A DNA stretch of 64,000 nt from Haplodiscus bocki (taxonomy: Eukaryota), in the NCBI GenBank assembly GCA_965655095.1, contig OZ296649.1, positions 72,850,001 through 72,914,000 of the forward strand, given 5' to 3'. Each line of letters opens with the position of its first letter. Position 1 is the stretch's first letter. Both the position numbers and the translations under genes were made by a program. The notes beneath the pieces were generated by a model. That model saw only the letters and a list, made by a program, of their open reading frames with translations, had not been told where the DNA came from and made no database searches. This document shows positions 58,022 to 64,000 of this stretch, one piece after another.

Positions 58022-58735
58022 TGTAGCGGCCCTGTATGAACCTGTACGAACATTTTGCAAGCAAATACTTGTCATCCACTTCAGATTAATATTGTCATCT
58101 TTTGTCCCCCAGCCCCATAAACAGGCCTCCTTCAAAACAATCATGTCTCAGCTTTGTATTCAATTAGCCAAGTAAACCCACACTTGAAGTGGCAATCTAT
58201 CTTATCATAAACCGTCATTTTCATATGTTATATTATATTCCAGTCTTAACTTGTTGATTTTCACATGCATCTAAACTTAAAACTAGACCTCAATTTGTAA
58301 ACTTTCATGTTAATCTAAACCTGAAACAAACTTGTAAATTATCTTAAAAACGTGAATGCCCCAACATTCTGCTGTTAATTGTAATCCTGTTTAAAACTTG
58401 AATATTCACGAATTCGAAACAAGAAAAAGAAGCAAAAACAGAAAAATTAGCGATCATTGGAACACTGAAACGAAACAAGAAGAAGCTGCTCGCCAGAGAA
58501 GACACAAGAAAGAAAAACTCTGAACAACTGTGATATTCTGCTGATCATCACTAATGTAAGTGATTTGTATTAAACATTAAAGTAAATTCAATCTTAAAGC
58601 AAAATTAGATTTTCTCTTAGAACAATCCCAAAAGAGTACCTAACACATACAACCGTCCTCGCATCCGAAGTTTTGAAAGAAATGAAAACCCTAAACTCTT
58701 GTTGCCAATTTTCCAATAAAATCACGGTTGTTAAA
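58022..58735 (+). repeat. 3' LTR of element B
   Basis: Direct repeat of 45992-46705. Confidence 0.95.
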
Positions 58736-59084
58736 AAAGCAAAAATATGCTCTCCGACCAAAAACATCGAATCATGAAGTATTTTGAATATTTTTCTTGG
58801 ATTTTTCGTGTAGTATTTCAGTGTATCTCGAGATTTTCAGTCACATGTTCTCTCATTTTATGAGCAGACGAGACATTCTTTGAATATTTCGCTAAAATCA
58901 GAGCATAAAAAGGAGAAATCTCCCATCTGCTTAATATGCCTTGAATGGTAATTTCGACCAATTCTGCTGTTTTCTGCTCTCAGCAGATTTTCGCGGTGTC
59001 TGTTACTGAGGGACCACTGAGGGACGAACATGGGTTTCGCACTTCACCATAGCCAATTTTTGAGTCCGCAGTTTTTATGAAGTA

Positions 59085-59472
59085 CTAGCTTTCTGGGCCG
59101 TGGCTCGCTTCGCTTCGCCACCTATCACTGAAAGTTGAATTCCAAAAAAATCGGTTCTGTTTGGATTTCGTTTCGGTTCAACCACTTTCTCGCAATCTGA
59201 TTGGCTGTCAGCTTAAAGCAGCTTACTTATAGCGTGTCGCTTCACAACTGCATTTATCAATCATATGCCGTTCGAGTAGCAGTGCATAAAAGTAGTTCCT
59301 CAGTAAAATCAAAAGTTGGGTAAAATCGGCACCCGGAACCGGCTTACTCGCTGCTCCTTTGCTATTCATAGCTTTGTTCAAAATTTGAGCCAAATCGGGC
59401 AAGAAATGGCAGAGGAGTTTGATAATACACACACACACAAAAAAATTTTTCGCATTTAGTAATATGTATAGA
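59085..59472 (-). mobile_element. Short non-autonomous Helitron
   Basis: Minus strand A|TCTATAC... to a GC-rich subterminal segment and ...CTAG|T; inserted in an AT dinucleotide with no TSD. Confidence 0.65.
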
Positions 59473-59729
59473 TAGCGAACTGAGTTGAGTTTGTATTCAA
59501 GTAAAATGACTAAGTTTAATGAACTGAATTGAACTTACTTGTTAAAAACATACAATTTTTCAAACACAAACTTTCTGATTCACGATCTGATTAACGATCT
59601 GATTCACGATCTGATTCACTGTCTGATTCTTTAAAGAACACGCGTGATTGAAATTGTCGGTTTCATAAATAGTTTGAATCAATTATAAGAAATCAGCATG
59701 AAGATTATGTTATAACAAAGTACATAAAT

Positions 59730-60860
59730 GGTGTCGTCTCACAGCTCCGAACGTTCACAGCTCCGAAAATAAATAAAGAGTAGCTTAACTCCGAAAATTT
59801 TCTGTCACGTGACCCACGCGGCGTTAGTGTTCATTTTAAACATCATTTTGCACAAAAGTACACAATGCTTGAAATTCTTCCAGGTAAATGAGGAAAATTG
59901 AAAAATTCCTGAATAAAAGTTGAAAAATGTTTTCGACAACATTCTGGAAGAAAATCCGAGATAACTGGCTCCGGATTACAGATTAGTAAAAAGCAGTCTA
60001 TACCGAATAATGACAAAAAAAGTTAATTTTAATCTACAGTTTATAATCAACAATTTTAACAATTCCCCCTTTCATTATTTCTCCACCCCCTCCCCCGTTG
60101 TTTCTTCACTCCCCCCGCCTGTTGTTTCTTCACAAGTTACTTCTTCAAATGGATATCCAAACGAATTCCAAGAAAATAGCACTGCTTTTTTTTCAACCGA
60201 AAATGAAATTATGGATCTTTTGCGAGAATATTACAAATGTCGCAAACAGCACTCTGATGGGGGGGGGGGAGGGGGGCTCTCTGATAACAAATTCAAAAAA
60301 ATTATTTAGTTCGCCCCACTTCTTCAATCCCGTCTCACTTCCTTTTCACCAACCCCCCCCCCCCCCCCCCAAACCATTGTCCCCCCTCATCCGTTGTAAA
60401 AAAGACCCTATCATAGTATTTTTGCGATTCCGCCTGAGATTGAATAAGTGGAGGGGGTGTTAAATATTTAGTTAGTTTGAAATTATTTTGATTCAATTTT
60501 TATATTGATTCAATTTATCCTATTATTATTTTGATTCAACTATTCTCAATTTTAAAGACTTTACATTTTCAAGTTGATTATCTGTACCTGTGTTCAATTT
60601 TCGGAGTAATGGGAAAATTTTAATTTCGGAGTGATGAATAGCTATTGGGATACGATAGCCCAAATTTGCAATACAAATTAATATATTAATACCAATAGTA
60701 AAAAGAATTTGCAATCTTTTCCGCTTGTATTTAATAATATTCAATCAATATTTTTCGGAGTTAAGCTACACTTAATTTATTTTCGGAGCTGTGGATCACT
60801 TTTTTGAATTTCGGAGTTGTGAACTACTTTTATTATTTTCGGAGTTGCGGTATGGAATCA
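59730..60860. mobile_element. MULE/foldback-like non-autonomous element with CACAGCTCCGAA subterminal repeats
   Basis: Left end has tandem ACAGCTCCGA(A); right end has inverted TTCGGAG(C/T)TG repeats; TSD not resolved. Confidence 0.55.
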
Positions 60861-61159
60861 CTGCTTGTGTAAGTTGGAAAAAGAAATGCAAAGCACATAC
60901 GTAGCACTGAACAGTGTTTTGTGACAATAATAATAAACGAGAAAGACGTCATTTTGCGCTAGAACTCAATAGTGCAACCGAGAACAGCATCAGATGAAGA
61001 AACGAAGTCAGAAAGAATGCCGCGAAAATGTGAACTCGCTCATTTTACAACTCGAACGTTACAACAAATTCGTTCTTCACATGTGAATTCAGTTCAGTCA
61101 GCTATAAGTGCATGCGGACAGTCTAAATGCACATTGCAGTGCGGTCTACGGTGTGGCAG

Positions 61160-61614
61160 CAGGACCGCATTAATTCATGCTAAATTTTCTAGAAAATCAC
61201 GCTAAAATTCACGCTCATTTTCCCCCAAAATAACGGTAAAATCACGTTAGAAACAAGGCAGAAATCGCGAAATCAGGCTTTTTATTGTTTTATTGCTGTT
61301 TTTTCAACCTTTTCGGGATTGATATTCTCCATTTTGATCTGAAAGAAATAGAGTTCCTCTTAATTTATCAGACAAGAGAAATCAGGGCAATTATTGCAAA
61401 TTGAAGTTTATCTCAATTGATTGTTTGTTGGTTGGTTATTGAATTTATTTTCTCAAGTATTTCTTGATCAAATTCAAATTTCGTTCAAAAAACACGCTAA
61501 ATTATTAATTACAGGTTAAAATCACGCCGTGAATCACAACCTCTGATTGGTTCAAAATTCCAAAATTAACGCAAAAATCATGCAAAAGCACGGCGGGAAT
61601 TAATGCGCTCCCTG
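61160..61614. mobile_element. hAT-like MITE
   Basis: TIRs CAGGACCGCATTAATTC / GAATTAATGCGCTCCCTG; 8-bp TSD TGTGGCAG / TGTGTCAG. Confidence 0.7.
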
Positions 61615-61777
61615 TGTGTCAGGCAGGCGTACATGTACAGAAATCTGATGAAGAAATGGAACATAAGGCTGTGAAAAAGAAATGGGGCACTTTAGTTTCC
61701 CGGGTTGAGCTCTCATAGATATTCAGTCATTTTCAGCGCTGATTCAGAGATTTTTGCGTTTTCAGCGATGTTCAGAG

Positions 61778-61989
61778 GACGGCTATTCACAAGTCCGAAA
61801 ATAAATTTGGGTTGCACAAGTCCGAAAATAAATTTGGGTTGCACATGTCCGAAAATAAATTTGGGTTGCACAAGTCCGAAAACGAATTTAACCCCAACCC
61901 CTTCCCCCCCCCCCAACCCAGAAGCGAAATCGTGAGTTAAAACATTACGCGGTTTAAATTTTCGCATATCCATTATGGTGTGTGTGTGT

Positions 61990-62021
<32 letters not shown>

Positions 62022-62163
62022 GGGGAGGAGGGGAGGTGGAATTAGCCGAAAAGATGCAAATTTAATTAAGGATTGGCGACGGCGGCCAATCGGTACTTTA
62101 ATTTGATTGGACGAGAGATTTCATCAATTTTATTTTAATTTTTCGGACTTGTGACCCGACACC
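61778..62163. mobile_element. MULE-like MITE with 27-bp subterminal tandem repeat
   Basis: CACAAGTCCGAAAATAAATTTGGGTTG x~3.5 at the left end, inverted TTTCGGACTTGTGA at the right end; perfect 9-bp TSD TGTTCAGAG (61769-61777; 62164-62172). Confidence 0.8.
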
Positions 62164-63254
62164 TGTTCAGAGCTGAACCAGCCGACTTTAATTTTGACAT
62201 CTCTGGTCATAACTGATTCAGTGATGAACATTTCTGAACATCTCTGATTCAGCGCTGAACATTACTGGCAAGCAGCAAACAGGCAAAGACCATAAAAAAG
62301 CCAAAACAAGTGGTTTTTGTAATATTGATGCTGAAGAGACGAGAAATCGAAAATTTCAGAATAACTTTAAATGGGTTATTGTGAAAAATTCTAAAAATGT
62401 GATTTTTCCGAGATCTGTATTTTCTTTTGATTCCATGTCAGAAGACTTCTTACTAGAACAAACAAAAGTGAAAAAATGCCAAAATACCTCCTGCAATCGC
62501 GAAAAAAACTTTACAGGGTTAATTTTGATGTTTTTACAGTGTTTTTGCGCGAACATGTAAAGTCTCAGCGCCAGCAATGTTCATGGCTGGATCAGAAGAA
62601 ATCAGTTATGTTCAGAGCTGAATCATTATTTTTCAGAAATGATGCAGAGAAAATCAGTTATTTTCAGAGCTGATTCAGTATTGTTCAGAATTCATCAGAG
62701 TCAATTCGACGGAGCAGAATAACGTCTCAGGTTTTATTACCTAATCACATTCTGGGGGGGGGGGGCAGGAATTACATGTAAAGAATAACGTCTAAATCAA
62801 TTTCGGGAATAAAACCTAAAGCCATGCCAAGCTCCTCCAGTATCTTAGTAACACTGTGTTTTAGACGTTTTTGATTTGGACGTTATTCCCCAGTGACTTT
62901 AACATGTTATTCTTTTGATGTTTTGGGGGTTTTAGACCTTATTCTGTTTTGATATTTTAGATCTTTATCCCACTTTTTTTTTGTGTGGGGGGATAACATC
63001 TAAATCCATTTCGGGAATAACGCCTAAAGCAATATGATGCTCGCTCTGTTATGGATTTTTGCCTGAAGTTTGTTTGTTTTGTCCTAATTATTAATTTATT
63101 TTGTTTTTTTTTGTGTTTTTCTTAAATGTAGTTCATACGAAGTTGACATAACATAGGTCGAAAACCAATCAGCTATGAAGAGCGCCAACAGAGGTTTTCA
63201 GACCGTTTCAGAGTTGAAACAGTAGTTTTCAAAAGTTTTCCGTGGTATTCAGAC

Positions 63255-63670
63255 TTTTTCCGAGATGACAAGATTTTCATAGATGTTCAGAGCAGTTCTC
63301 AGACAATTTCAGTAATGTTAACGGATATTCATGAGTGTTCAGCTATGTTTAGGGCTTTTCAGAGATGACCAGAGATTTTCATAGATGTTTAGAGCAGTTC
63401 TCAGACATTTTCAGTAATGTTAACAGATATTCATGAGTGTTCAGCTATGTTTAGGCCTTTTCAGAGATGACCAGAGATTTTCATAGATGTTTAGAGCAGT
63501 TCTCAGACATTTTCAGTAATTTTAAGAGATTTTCATTGGTGTTCAGCTATGTTCAGGCATTTTCAGAGATGACCATAGATTTTCATAGATATTCAGCGGT
63601 TCTCAGAAATTTTCAGTAATGTTCAGAGATTTTCATAGGTGTTAAGCGATGTTCAGTAATTTTCGTAATG
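63255..63670. repeat. ~102-bp minisatellite, about 4 copies
   Basis: GAGATGAC-containing unit starts at ~63261, 63361, 63463 and 63565. Confidence 0.85.
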
Positions 63671-64000
63671 ATCAGAGAGTCTCAGTTCTGATAATAGCTG
63701 TTTCAGCTCTGAAAATCGCTGAATTCTTACTCTGTAATAACACTGATCATGGCTGTTTTAACTCTGAAACAGTGATTTTCATTGAAATTCATGCAATGTG
63801 CATCAATTATCAGTTCTGAATCATTCTGAAAAATCTATTTACATCGCTGAATCAATCTGGAGTTTCCATGATCATCGCTGAAAGTAGTAAGGACATCAAC
63901 CCGGGTTTCGTCGTTTTATAGTCAATGTAGGCAAGTTATCGAGGGTTCAAATAACACAACCTCTTCTTATTGTTTGCCTTTCAAGATTTATGCTGACAAA

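Larger units (their letters stand above)
45992..58735 (+). mobile_element. Env-bearing Ty3/Gypsy LTR retroelement B (~12.7 kb)
   Basis: 714-bp LTRs; perfect 4-bp TSD AAAG (45988-45991; 58736-58739); PBS; PPT; same gene order as element A. Confidence 0.97.
61699..63905. mobile_element. Non-autonomous TIR element with CCCGGGTTGA termini hosting nested insertions and a minisatellite
   Basis: CCCGGGTTGA (61699) / TCAACCCGGG (63896), flanked by TTT on both sides; interior rich in TTCAG/CTGAA units. Confidence 0.55.

Noticed and set aside
60010-60463. Pro/Gly-rich ORFs as a host gene
   Set aside because: Driven by poly-C/poly-G tracts inside a non-autonomous TIR element; no domain recognised.
61788-61882. 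27-bp repeats as a CRISPR array or a repeat protein (ORFs 61705..61935 and 61713..61973)
   Set aside because: The repeats are directly tandem with no spacers, lie in a MITE end with a TSD, and the context is eukaryotic.

Overview
AT-rich eukaryotic (probably animal) DNA made almost entirely of repeats and mobile elements; I could not recognise an intact host gene. (1) 1-~10.1 kb: about ten highly diverged ~1.04-kb tandem units. They appear to be decayed copies of an intron-containing minus-strand coding unit. (2) 15228-29560: a full-length but mutationally dead Polinton/Maverick (adintovirus-like) element with AGTAGT-starting TIRs and a 6-bp TSD. It encodes a packaging ATPase, integrase (with an apparent N-terminal PHD finger), minor and major capsid proteins, a cysteine protease and a protein-primed PolB with an apparent spliceosomal intron. 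(3) 33300-45591 (minus) and 45992-58735 (plus): two diverged, full-length, head-to-head env-bearing Ty3/Gypsy elements with the same unusually complex layout: LTR - tRNA-Leu-type PBS - PPxY membrane microprotein - second upstream ORF - gag - (-1 frameshift pseudoknot) - pol with a TARG1/OARD1-like macrodomain between RNase H and integrase - F-type class I fusion env - array of covarying UUUC-tetraloop hairpins - spliced accessory ORF ending in an HPD J-domain - LTR ending in AA. An AT|GTAAGT donor in each LTR would create the ATG of the accessory ORF (and of env in element B) by splicing. This 'complex retrovirus-like' Ty3/Gypsy organisation is the most interesting system in the window; its novelty needs a database check. 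(4) Several MITEs, a small Helitron and minisatellites fill the remaining space.
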